NCBI GenBank assembly: GCA_963803435.1
Contig: CAWDML010000009.1
Location: 928,001-992,000 of the forward strand
Reading direction: 5' to 3'
Length of the DNA: 64,000 nt
Source of the DNA: an uncultured delta proteobacterium
GTDB taxonomy: Bacteria > Myxococcota > Kuafuiibacteriia > Kuafuiibacteriales > Kuafuiibacteriaceae
A program made the position numbers and the translations under genes. Below, in pieces: positions 35,657-44,696 of this stretch; the stretch's first letter is position 1; each line of letters starts with the position of its first letter. Under the pieces are notes generated by a model, which saw only the letters and a program-made list of their open reading frames with translations, ran no database searches and was not told where the DNA came from.

Positions 35657-35725
35657 ATCGGGACCGGGACCGGGACCGGGACCCGGACCGGGCTCGCGGT
35701 AGCGCTACGCGCTACACGCTCCTAG
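35657..35725. repeat. Right terminal inverted repeat with (GGGACC)n array
   Basis: ATCGGGACCGGGACCGGGACCGGGACCCGGACCGGG...GCTACACGCTCCTAG. Confidence 0.9.
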
Positions 35726-35816
35726 GAGACTTGCTCCAAGAGGATCGTGACAAATGCACGACTTTGGGTGCTTCGGGCGACCGCTGGGGCTCGCAGTTTT
35801 CAGGTGCCCGCTCATA

Positions 35817-36068
35817 CTAGCGGAACCAGATGTGACGGCGCACCCGAAAGCGCGTACGTCGCCGCGCCCACCGGCGCTCCGCCCGGGTGATGACGCCGTC
35901 TCGGTTCAGGTCCTCGCGAGCGTAGATCCGCTGGACGGGGCGGCGTTCGAACGTCTGCTCGTGCGTCCGACGTTCCGCGCGCTCGTGCCGCGGCGCCGCC
36001 ATCGCGGTGCCGCTGGCGGCGAAGAGCCCGAGTCCGAGCACGACCCCGAGAATCCGTTTGAGTCTCAT
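35817..36068 (-). CDS. Small secreted Arg-rich protein with EF-hand-like loop
   Basis: AGGAGG RBS; signal peptide ending AMA; DLNRDGVITRAE. Confidence 0.7.
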   Translation of the reverse strand: MRLKRILGVVLGLGLFAASGTAMAAPRHERAERRTHEQTFERRPVQRIYAREDLNRDGVITRAERRWARRRTRFRVRRHIWFR

Positions 36069-36234
36069 ATCAGTCCTCCTGCTCATGAAGACGCAGCGGC
36101 CTCCGGATCTGTTCTGTCCTTCACAATTCTTTAGGCGTCAGCGTTTCGCTGGAACGGTGGTGTGCGCAGCGCTGGCGCCGGCGCGACGTGTGACGTATGC
36201 CGCGTGCGATCGTCATCGCAGATCATCCACCGCG

Positions 36235-37011
36235 ATGAACGCGGGGTTCGCCTGGGCGTGGAGTCTCTCGCTCTTGATCGGCTGCGGCGGTGCGTCGGCG
36301 CCCATCGAGACGCCGATCTATGCCGTGAGCACGTTCGATCTCGGTCGGCCCAACCCCGACGAGTCGAAGATCGTCGCGGGCCTCAACCTCGACGATCGTG
36401 TCAGCGACTCCGATGACGCGAGCACCTGCAAGAAGGCCGACTTCACCTCGCCCGGGCCCGACTTCGAGCGCGGCGTCGACAACCAGTTCGGGCCGCTCTT
36501 GGACCTGGCGCCCTCCGATCCCACGGCCGCCGTCGCGCCGGCGATCGCGAGCGGGGCCTTCCTGATCCAGATTCGACTCGGCGAGGTCGAAGATCTCGAG
36601 AACGACGGCCGGGTGTCGGTCGAGCTCGACGTCGCCCAGCCGGAGGGGGTGTTTCGTCTCTCCGGCGAGATTCACGACGGCCGGCTGGAGGCGACCGGCG
36701 ATCTGCTCGCCTTCGATCTGCCGGTCACCGACGCCGGCGGCGCCGACGCGACGATGCCGATGCGCCTGACCGACCCACGCATCCGTATGACTGTAACCCC
36801 CGACGCGATCCGCTCCGGGGTGCTGGGCGGAGCGATGAGCGTGGACGAAGCGATCGCCGGAGCCCTGGTGCTCGACTTCGCCCCGGAGGATGCGCTCCAG
36901 CTGGTGCTCGGCGGCAGCGCCGATCTGGATCCCGACGACCAGGGCAACTGCCGGAGGATCTCCTCCGGCTTCGTGTTCGAGGCCACGGCGACCTCGGAGG
37001 AGATGAGATGA
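36235..37011 (+). CDS. Putative lipoprotein
   Basis: Lipobox LLIG-C; GLNLD and GVDNQ motifs; overlaps next gene (ATGA). Confidence 0.7.
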   Translation: MNAGFAWAWSLSLLIGCGGASAPIETPIYAVSTFDLGRPNPDESKIVAGLNLDDRVSDSDDASTCKKADFTSPGPDFERGVDNQFGPLLDLAPSDPTAAVAPAIASGAFLIQIRLGEVEDLENDGRVSVELDVAQPEGVFRLSGEIHDGRLEATGDLLAFDLPVTDAGGADATMPMRLTDPRIRMTVTPDAIRSGVLGGAMSVDEAIAGALVLDFAPEDALQLVLGGSADLDPDDQGNCRRISSGFVFEATATSEEMR

Positions 37012-37589
37012 AGATCTGGATCGGGCTCGGCTTGATGTTCGCGATCGGCTGCACGACCGCGGACACGCAGACCCCCACCGACACGCTGGCGGTGGTCGAC
37101 TCCGGCGAGACGCCCGACAAGGACTCCGGGATCGCGGCTGACAGCGGCGCCATGGCCGACGACAGCGGGATGGTCACCGACAGCGGGGCCGCCGGCGACA
37201 GCGGCCTGGCCACCGACTCGGGCCCCCCCGGCGACGGTGGCGAGCAGGCCGACGGCGGGGAGGTCGCCGACGGAGGCGAGGTCGCCGACGGAGGGATGAT
37301 GGGCGCGTGCACCAACCCGGCCGACCAGATGATCCACGATACCACCGACGTCTCCGCAGGTGTCGAGACCTGCGCCGGCAACTGCTTCGGCGGGCCGACC
37401 TGCACGCGCAACTGCATCATGAACGACATCGGGCTCTCAGCCGACTGCACCGAGTGTTACGTCGAGGTCACCTCGTGCACGATCAGGAACTGCCTCAGCG
37501 AGTGCGCCGGCATGGACTCGGCCGCGTGCGAGCAGTGCCGCGATGACAGCGGCTGCACGGCGGCGTTCCTCACCTGCGCCGGCTTTTGA
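37008..37589 (+). CDS. Lipoprotein with Asp/Gly linker and Cys-rich C-terminal domain
   Basis: Lipobox AIG-C; DSG/DGG repeats; many Cys in the last ~90 aa. Confidence 0.75.
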   Translation: MKIWIGLGLMFAIGCTTADTQTPTDTLAVVDSGETPDKDSGIAADSGAMADDSGMVTDSGAAGDSGLATDSGPPGDGGEQADGGEVADGGEVADGGMMGACTNPADQMIHDTTDVSAGVETCAGNCFGGPTCTRNCIMNDIGLSADCTECYVEVTSCTIRNCLSECAGMDSAACEQCRDDSGCTAAFLTCAGF

Positions 37590-37591
37590 GC

Positions 37592-39529
37592 TCAGCTCCC
37601 CACGCGTTCGTTGACCAGCGCGCTCATCGTGGCGATGTCGAACGGCTTCTCGACACGCGCGTTGTCGAGGCCGTCGAGGAAGTCTCGGACCTCCGGGTTG
37701 AAAACGTCGCCCGTCAGAAAGATCACGCGTTTCGCCTGATCCGGAGCCGAGCTCGCGAGCTCGCGATAGAACGTCATACCGTTCAGAGACGGCATCATGA
37801 CGTCGCACAGGATCACGTCGAAGCGCTGGCCCGCCCGCAACATCTCGAGGGCCGCGTGTGCGTCGCTCGTCCCGGTCACCTCGTGCTCCGCGCTCAGGAA
37901 CCGCCGCATCACGGACACGATGGCGGGCTCGTCGTCGATCACGAGGATCCGCCCTCGCTTACCAGCATACGTTCGAGGACGGCGCGGGATGGCCGCGGGG
38001 GATGGCTCCTCCGCGGCCGCCGGTAGGGCCACCGCGAAGATGGTACCCACGCCGATCTTGCTCTCCACCGAGATCTCGCCGCCGTGTGCCTCGACGATGC
38101 GGTGGCAGATCGTGAGTCCGAGACCGGTGCCCTCGCCGATCGCCTTGGTGGTGAAGAAGGGGGTGAACAGCCGTCTCAACACCTCGGGAGGCATCCCGCA
38201 GCCGGTGTCCTCGATCGTCGCCGTGGCGCGCCCGCGGGCGTCGGTCGAGGTCGTCACCCGGATCTCGCTCGGCTCGGCCTGTCCTTCCGGGATCGCGTGC
38301 GCGGCGTTGACCAGCAGGTTGAGGAAGAGCTGGCCGAGGCGCGACTCGTTTCCGAGGACGAGGGGCGCCTTGCCGTAGCGTGTCACCACCTGGGCCTTGT
38401 GCCGGATCTCGTTCTCCGCGAGCCGCAGCGACGAGTCGAGGACGCGCTCGAGATCGACCGGCCTCTTCTCCTCCTCGTCGCCGCGGGAGAACACGCGTAG
38501 ATCGCGGGCGATCTCGCGGATCCGCGCTGCGGCCTCGCGCGCGTCCCCGAGGTCACCCATGATCTCGGTGATCTCCGGTCGCGGCTCGTCGGTCTGGAGG
38601 AAGCGAAGTTGGCGGAGACCGAGATCGAGATGAGCTAGCAACGCGGAGAGCGGATTGTTGATCTCGTGCGCGACGCCTGCCGCCAGCATGCCGAGCGACG
38701 CCATCCGGTCCGAAAGCGCCAGCTGATCCTGGAGGCGGCGCTGGCCAGTGATGTCGCGTCCGACGCCCACGACCCCGGTGACCGCCCCCTCCGGAGAGCG
38801 GATCGGCGAGAGCGACGTCTGGAAGAAGCGCTCCCCGGCCGCGTCCGGCGCCGACCACTCGTAGAGCACGCGCTGCTGTCCGGAGAACGCCGCCTCGATC
38901 GCGGTCTCATGGGCCTCGGCCGCGTCGGGTCCCAGAATCTCGCGGGTGGTTCGGCCGAGAAAATGTGCGGGCGTCAGCCCGAAGTGCTCGACCCACCGAC
39001 CGAAGACGCCGTCGTGGCGGCGCTCGGCGTCGAGGGTGTAGACGATGTCGTCCATCGACTCGACCAGCGTCTTGAAGCGCGCGTGGCTCTCGTGACGATC
39101 TGCGGCCTCCCGTAACAGCCGGTCGATCGCCGGGAGGAGCCGGGCCAGGCGCTCCTTGAGCAGAAAGTCGTGGGCCCCGGCGTGCAACGCCTGCGCGGCG
39201 GTGTCTTCGCCGATGGTGCCCGAGACGATGATGAACGGGACGTCGAGCCCGGTGTTCTTCACCAGCGCGAGCGCCTCGAGCGCGCTGAATCGGGGCATCG
39301 ACCAGTCGGAGAGGATCAAGTCCCATGTCGCCGAGACCAGCGCGGCGCGCAGTTCCTCGGCGGTCTGGACGCGGAATGGCTCGACCCGGTATCCACCGCG
39401 GCGGATCTCGAACAGGATGAGCTCGGCGTCCTCCGCCGAGTCCTCCACCATCAACAGTCGCAGCCGTGCGCCCAGGGTCTCTCGGCTATAGCGCACCGCC
39501 CGGGTCGCGGCATGGGAACCAGACCCCAT
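37592..39529 (-). CDS. Hybrid histidine kinase (REC-PAS-HisKA-HATPase-REC)
   Basis: LMVEDS...SDWSMP; PAS; VAHEINNPL; PFFTTK..GEGTGLGL; C-terminal LVIDDE...CDVMMP; start uncertain. Confidence 0.9.
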   Translation of the reverse strand: MGSGSHAATRAVRYSRETLGARLRLLMVEDSAEDAELILFEIRRGGYRVEPFRVQTAEELRAALVSATWDLILSDWSMPRFSALEALALVKNTGLDVPFIIVSGTIGEDTAAQALHAGAHDFLLKERLARLLPAIDRLLREAADRHESHARFKTLVESMDDIVYTLDAERRHDGVFGRWVEHFGLTPAHFLGRTTREILGPDAAEAHETAIEAAFSGQQRVLYEWSAPDAAGERFFQTSLSPIRSPEGAVTGVVGVGRDITGQRRLQDQLALSDRMASLGMLAAGVAHEINNPLSALLAHLDLGLRQLRFLQTDEPRPEITEIMGDLGDAREAAARIREIARDLRVFSRGDEEEKRPVDLERVLDSSLRLAENEIRHKAQVVTRYGKAPLVLGNESRLGQLFLNLLVNAAHAIPEGQAEPSEIRVTTSTDARGRATATIEDTGCGMPPEVLRRLFTPFFTTKAIGEGTGLGLTICHRIVEAHGGEISVESKIGVGTIFAVALPAAAEEPSPAAIPRRPRTYAGKRGRILVIDDEPAIVSVMRRFLSAEHEVTGTSDAHAALEMLRAGQRFDVILCDVMMPSLNGMTFYRELASSAPDQAKRVIFLTGDVFNPEVRDFLDGLDNARVEKPFDIATMSALVNERVGS

Positions 39530-39562
39530 GCCCGGGGCGGTGCAGTGACTCGGATCCCTCGA

Positions 39563-40753
39563 ATGGAGATCGACACCACCGCCGCTCGTCGCCTCGCGCT
39601 CGTCCGCGCCGGCCTCCTCAAGCCGCAGCTCACCGACCTGCCGCGATCCGGTCGCGGGAGCGCCGCCCGCGCCAACGCGCATCGCATCATTGCCCGCTTC
39701 GGCTACCTCCAGCTCGACACCGTCTCGATCGCGGGCGCGCGCAGCCATGCGCTGGTGCTGCTGTCGCGGCTGGAGGGGTTCGATCCGGCCCTCGCCGAGG
39801 GCCTGCTCGCCCCCGGCGAGCCCCTGTTCGAGTACTGGGGCCACGAGGCCAGCTGGATCCCGATCGAGCTCTACTCGGTGTTCGCGTTCCGCCGGCGCCA
39901 CTTTCGGTTGCGCCACCCGTGGTGGGGGGACGTGCTCGGTGCCCACCCCAAGGTGGTGCGCGACGTGATGCGGCGGATCCGCGACGACGGTCCGCTCCGT
40001 TCGATCGACATGGAGGGCCGCGGCAGCCGGGGCTGGTGGGATCTCAAGCTCGCCAAGCGCGTGGCCATGGCGCTCTGGTTCGCGGGTGAGCTGGCCATCC
40101 GCGAGCGCAGGAGCTTCCAGCGCACCTTCGATCTGACCGAGCGCGTCATCCCCGATCGCTTTCGCGTACACGAGGTCCCGGAGGGCGAGGCCATCGAGCG
40201 GCTGCTGTTGCTGGCGCTCGAGGGCCACGGCTGGTCCACCACCGGCACGCTCGCGCGGACCTGGCGCCTGCGCGGCCGCCCACCCATCGATCGCGCCCTG
40301 GCCCGGCTCGCGGAGCAGGAAGCGATCGTCCCATGCACGCTCCGGGGCGACGACGGGAAGCGGACCAAGGGCTGGATCCGCAGCGCAGATCGGGAGCTCG
40401 CGGACCGGTTGGCCAAGCTGCGCCTCCGGCGCGATCGAGGCGTCCTGCTCTCGCCTTTTGATCCCGTGCTCTGGGATCGGGAGCGCGTCAAACGCCTCTT
40501 CGGCTTCGACCAGATCCTCGAGATCTACAAACCGGCGGCGCGGCGCGTGTACGGGTACTACTGCCTGCCGATCCTGGCGGGAGAGCGGCTGGTGGCCCGG
40601 ACCGATCTCAAGGCGGACCGCGAGGAGGGCCGCCTGCGCGTGCTCTCGCTCGCGTTCGAGTCGGGCCGGCGGGCGACGGCGGACGATCGCGCGGCGGCCC
40701 GCTCGGCGCTGGAGCGGTACGCTCGCGCTCTGGGTCTCACCTTGGCGCCTTAA
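39563..40753 (+). CDS. ycaQ: YcaQ/AlkZ-family crosslink-repair DNA glycosylase (HTH_42)
   Basis: LQLDTVS..ARSH, FEYWGHEAS, LLSPFDP..WDRER, YGYYCLPIL. Confidence 0.88.
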   Translation: MEIDTTAARRLALVRAGLLKPQLTDLPRSGRGSAARANAHRIIARFGYLQLDTVSIAGARSHALVLLSRLEGFDPALAEGLLAPGEPLFEYWGHEASWIPIELYSVFAFRRRHFRLRHPWWGDVLGAHPKVVRDVMRRIRDDGPLRSIDMEGRGSRGWWDLKLAKRVAMALWFAGELAIRERRSFQRTFDLTERVIPDRFRVHEVPEGEAIERLLLLALEGHGWSTTGTLARTWRLRGRPPIDRALARLAEQEAIVPCTLRGDDGKRTKGWIRSADRELADRLAKLRLRRDRGVLLSPFDPVLWDRERVKRLFGFDQILEIYKPAARRVYGYYCLPILAGERLVARTDLKADREEGRLRVLSLAFESGRRATADDRAAARSALERYARALGLTLAP

Positions 40754-40791
40754 CACCCCGTCCGGTCCGGCCGATTCGACAGGGGAGCCCC

Positions 40792-42837
40792 ATGTCGATC
40801 ACCGAGTCGATCCTGTCCACCGATATCATGGTGGCGACGGAGATGCCTGCGGCGCCGCGGCTGGCGAAGGTGGGCGCCTACCAGGTCCTCGCCGGGCTGA
40901 CCTCGGGCGGGATGGGCGAGGTCCTGCTGGCGTGCGCACGCGGTCGGCGCCGGCAGCTCTTCGCGGTCAAGCTGGTGCGGACCGATCTCGCGCACTGTCC
41001 CCAGGTGCGGGACATGTTCGTCGACGAGGGCCGACTCCTCTCCCGGATCGATCACCCCGGCATCACGAGGGTGGTCGAGGCCGGAGTCTCGGACGGCGCG
41101 TCGTACCTGGTGATGGAGTACGTCGAGGGCGTGAGCCTCGACGAGCTGCTCGCGATCGTCCCGGTGATCCCGCCGCTGATCGCGGCCCGGATGATCGCGG
41201 AGATCTGCCGCGCGCTGCACGCCGCGCATGAGGCGACGGCGTTGAACGGCGAGCGCCTCGACGCGGTCCATCGCGACGTGAGCCCGAAGAACCTGATGCT
41301 CACCTTCGACGGGTCCTTGAAGGTGCTCGACTTCGGGATCGCGTACATGCGCCAGCGCGCCAGCCGCGAGACGCAGATGGGCGAGCTCAAGGGCAAGCCG
41401 TCATACATGGCGCCGGAGCAGTTTCGCTCCGAGCCCGTCAATCGCAGGACGGACGTGTACTCCGCGTCGGTGGTGCTCTACGAGCTCCTGACCGGGCGCC
41501 CGCTCTACGCAGGCGACAACCTGACCGCCGTGGCCTTGGCGGTGGCGAAGGGGAGCCCGCCGCCGCCGTCGTCCCTCGCCGGCCCGCTGCCCGATGGGCT
41601 CGACGAGGTGGTCCTCCGCGGCCTCGACGCCCACCTCGACGCGCGGATCTCGACGGCCGCCGACCTGGCGGATCGACTCGACGCAATCTGGCGCGCGGGG
41701 GGCTCCCCGGCCCTGGCCGAATTCGCCGCCGAGTCGCTCTCCGACCGCCGCCTCGCGCATCGAGCCTGGCTCGACGCCGCGCTCCGCGATCGCTCGCGCC
41801 CACCCTCGCTGATCGGACGGCTCTGGCGCTGGCTGCGCCCGCCGGCAGCGGCGGTGGGGGCGCGTCCCGCCCCGAAGCCCACGCCGGTGCCGACTCGGAC
41901 CGAGCCCGAGCTCCTCCCGAAGGTGCAGGCGTTCACCAGTCCGATCGTCGACGAGATCGTCGAGACGGTCGATCGGCTCACAGAAGAGCTGATGCACGAG
42001 CCGGGCGGACGCATGCTCCTCTCGATCGTGCGAAGGGCGGTGAAGAACGACGGGATCGCGCTCCCGAATCTACCCGAGGGGATGCTGCGCCTCGAGCGCG
42101 CCGTGGCCAGGGCGGACGCCGACCTCGGCGAGCTGGTCGCGGCGATCCAGACCGATCCCTCGGTCGCGGCGCGCTTTCTCGGCGTCGCCAACTCGCCGTT
42201 CTACGGCGCCGCCCGCCGGGTGACCGCGGTGCACGACGCGGTGGTCCGTATCGGCATGAACCAGGCGGCCCTGGTGACGATGGCGATCCTCTCCCAGTCG
42301 AAGGTCTTCGCTGCCGGACGCGATCTCTACGATCACGCGCTGGCCTCGGCCGCCGTCGCGCAGCTGATCGCGAGAAAGCTCCCCGGTCAGGATGAGCACG
42401 AGGCCTTCCTGGCGGGGCTCCTCCACGATCTCGGGCGCGTCTTCCTTCGCGAGTCCGCGACGCACGTCCGGCGCGACACGCGCGGCAAGGAGACCACCTC
42501 GCCGCACGCGCTCTCGCTCGTCGACGAGGCGGTGCACGCGAGCCTCGGCGCGCTGGTGGCCCAGTCGTCCGGATTCAGCCCGGAGCTGGTCCAGGCCATC
42601 CGCTACCACCCGTCACCGGACAAGCTCCCGGCGCTTCCGCCTGCGGCCCCGGGCGCGGCGGGTGACGGCGGCCGGAACCTCGTCCACCTGCTCGTCATCG
42701 CCAATCGGGTGGCGCCCGCGGTCCTCGGCAAGGAGGCTCCGCCGGAGCTCGCGGCCGCGTTCGCGCCGCTCGGGATCCCGTGTCCCGAGGACCTGGTGCC
42801 GCGCGCCGCGGCCGCGCTCGAGGCGCTGCGCGGTTAG
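40792..42837 (+). CDS. Ser/Thr kinase fused to C-terminal HDOD domain
   Basis: GGMGEV, HRDVSPKN, DFG, YMAPE; HDOD LPNLPE, DPSVAARFL..ANSPFYG, AFLAGLLHDLG. Confidence 0.88.
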   Translation: MSITESILSTDIMVATEMPAAPRLAKVGAYQVLAGLTSGGMGEVLLACARGRRRQLFAVKLVRTDLAHCPQVRDMFVDEGRLLSRIDHPGITRVVEAGVSDGASYLVMEYVEGVSLDELLAIVPVIPPLIAARMIAEICRALHAAHEATALNGERLDAVHRDVSPKNLMLTFDGSLKVLDFGIAYMRQRASRETQMGELKGKPSYMAPEQFRSEPVNRRTDVYSASVVLYELLTGRPLYAGDNLTAVALAVAKGSPPPPSSLAGPLPDGLDEVVLRGLDAHLDARISTAADLADRLDAIWRAGGSPALAEFAAESLSDRRLAHRAWLDAALRDRSRPPSLIGRLWRWLRPPAAAVGARPAPKPTPVPTRTEPELLPKVQAFTSPIVDEIVETVDRLTEELMHEPGGRMLLSIVRRAVKNDGIALPNLPEGMLRLERAVARADADLGELVAAIQTDPSVAARFLGVANSPFYGAARRVTAVHDAVVRIGMNQAALVTMAILSQSKVFAAGRDLYDHALASAAVAQLIARKLPGQDEHEAFLAGLLHDLGRVFLRESATHVRRDTRGKETTSPHALSLVDEAVHASLGALVAQSSGFSPELVQAIRYHPSPDKLPALPPAAPGAAGDGGRNLVHLLVIANRVAPAVLGKEAPPELAAAFAPLGIPCPEDLVPRAAAALEALRG

Positions 42838-43163
42838 CGCCCGCGCGCCGAACACCGCGAGCCGCTCCGGGCACACGCGCGCGTGCGCTTCGGCCCGAGC
42901 AGTCGCTCTACGCCTACATCGAAGGCTCGCTCGGCCGCCGGGCGGAGGCGGTCGCGGACTATACCGCAATCCGTGGCGGCGATCGGACACTCGCGAGAAG
43001 CGCGGAGCGTCCTCGCGCGGGTTGGCATCGATATGATGTACGCGGACGCGTTCTGATCCATCGCGTTCCCGAAACGCAAGACGTCGGGTACGCACTGCGA
43101 CGTGCTCACCTATCTTGCTCACCGTGTTCGTGCTCTACTCGTCCTCCCTCGACGAGCCGCGAC

Positions 43164-44696
43164 ATGGCCGAGCTCAGCCCGCAGCAACTCACCACTTCTC
43201 TGACAGAGCGATTGTCCTCCGAGCGCGAGCTCCCGGTGTCGACGCTCGCTCGGCTCCGACGGACGGCCTCCACCGCGTTCAGCGGCGGCAGGCTCCTCGT
43301 CGACCGCGTGGTGCAGCGCGGACCCGATGTGCGGACGATGGCCGCGATCGTGTCCCCGCTGGCCGAGCTCAAGGGCGTCGCGATGAAGATGGGCCAGGTG
43401 CTCAGCTACATCGACTCGAGCCTGCCGGCCGAGACGCGCACCGCGCTCTCGGTGCTCCAGACGCAGGCCCACCCGCTGCCGTTCGCCCGGATCCGCTCGG
43501 TGGTGGAGCGGGGGCTCAGAAACCACTCCATCCCGCTCCTCGAGGGCCTCGATCCCCGCCCGCTGGCGGTGGCGTCGATCGGCCAGGTCCACCGCGCCGT
43601 GCTCGAGGACGGAACGCCGGTGGCGGTGAAGGTCCAGTACCCGCAGATCGAGCGTGCGATCGACGACGACTTCGGGCAGGCGGCCTTCGGCAGCGCCTTC
43701 GTCTCGTTCTTCTATCCCAACGCCAAGCTCTTCGTGCGGGAAGCGAAGGCCCGGTTCCTCGAGGAGTGCGACTACCGCCGGGAGGCCAAGCACCAGGAGC
43801 GATTCGCCGAACTGTTCGCCGATCACGACACGCTGTTCGTGCCGCGCGTGCACGCTGAGTACTCGAGCCGGCGCGTCCTCACCTCCGACCTGGTCGAGGG
43901 CCAGCACCTCGAGCGCTACTTGGCCACGAACCCCGATCAAGAGTCGCGCGATCGCACGGGCCAGGCGCTCTACGACTTCTACGTGGGATCGATCTTCCGT
44001 CACCGCGTCTACAACTGCGATCCGCATCCCGGGAACTATCTGTTCTGCGCCGACGGTCGGCTCGCGGTCCTCGACTTCGGATGCTGCGCCGAGCTGGCCC
44101 CGCGCTTCGTCCGCCACCTGGCCAGCCTCACCGGCGCCGTGCACACCGGAGACCCAGAGCGGATCCACCGCGCGATGGTCAGCCTCGGCATCGTCACCGA
44201 TGAGCAGCGCTACGATCACGAGGTGGTGCGCCGCCTCCTCTACGCGTTCTGCGGTCTCCTCCGCGACGAGACCGCGGTCTTCGAGCCCGGGACCAGCTCG
44301 CGGATCCTGGAGACGCTGAAGAGCACCGTCCAGCTGGGGCGGCTCTCGCTCCCGGCGGAGTTCCTCTTCCTGATGCGCATCCGCCTCGGTATCACCTCGG
44401 TGCTGGCGCGGCTGGGCTCGCGGGCGAACTGGTACCGGATCGAGCGCGAGCACCTCGACGCGGCGGAGGAGGGCCCGAGCGTGTTCGACGTGGTGCTCCT
44501 CGATGTCGGCCCCGCGCCCATCCAGGTCATCCGCGAGGTCCGCGCTGCCACCGGGCTCGATCTCCGCGAGACTCGCCAGCTGGTCGAGAGCGGGCCGAGC
44601 CCCATCTTGAGGTCGATCTCCCGCAAGCTCGCCGACGAGCTCCGGGCCAGGCTAGAGGCGGCCGGAGGCACGGCGGAGGTCCGGCAGGCTTCGTGA
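43164..44696 (+). CDS. ABC1/UbiB-family atypical kinase with C-terminal ribosomal L7/L12-CTD-like domain
   Basis: KGVAMKMGQ, ASIGQVHRA, VAVKVQYP, DPHPGN, DFG; tail FDVVLLDVG..IQVIREVRAATGLDL.ET..LVE...LEAAGG. Confidence 0.85.
   Translation: MAELSPQQLTTSLTERLSSERELPVSTLARLRRTASTAFSGGRLLVDRVVQRGPDVRTMAAIVSPLAELKGVAMKMGQVLSYIDSSLPAETRTALSVLQTQAHPLPFARIRSVVERGLRNHSIPLLEGLDPRPLAVASIGQVHRAVLEDGTPVAVKVQYPQIERAIDDDFGQAAFGSAFVSFFYPNAKLFVREAKARFLEECDYRREAKHQERFAELFADHDTLFVPRVHAEYSSRRVLTSDLVEGQHLERYLATNPDQESRDRTGQALYDFYVGSIFRHRVYNCDPHPGNYLFCADGRLAVLDFGCCAELAPRFVRHLASLTGAVHTGDPERIHRAMVSLGIVTDEQRYDHEVVRRLLYAFCGLLRDETAVFEPGTSSRILETLKSTVQLGRLSLPAEFLFLMRIRLGITSVLARLGSRANWYRIEREHLDAAEEGPSVFDVVLLDVGPAPIQVIREVRAATGLDLRETRQLVESGPSPILRSISRKLADELRARLEAAGGTAEVRQAS

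Larger units (their letters stand above)
34696..35725. mobile_element. Non-autonomous IS1182-derived element, copy 1, with four-helix-bundle passenger
   Basis: CTAG at both ends (34696, 35722); ~70-bp inverted repeats; near-identical copy at 60332-61615. Confidence 0.85.

Noticed and set aside
35726-35820. Second small CTAG-bounded element next to copy 1
   Set aside because: No convincing inverted repeats; the distal CTAG is the stop of the neighbouring gene.
37008-37589. Cys-rich ORF as the LanM precursor
   Set aside because: It has a lipoprotein signal and disulfide-like spacing, with no recognisable leader peptide.
37592-40756. 1054-aa extended histidine kinase (likewise the 1304-aa ORF at 28008)
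   Set aside because: The N-terminal extensions are antisense to real genes; true starts lie downstream.
42838-43163. Small ORF or ncRNA in the gap before the ABC1 kinase
   Set aside because: No supportable motif or structure.
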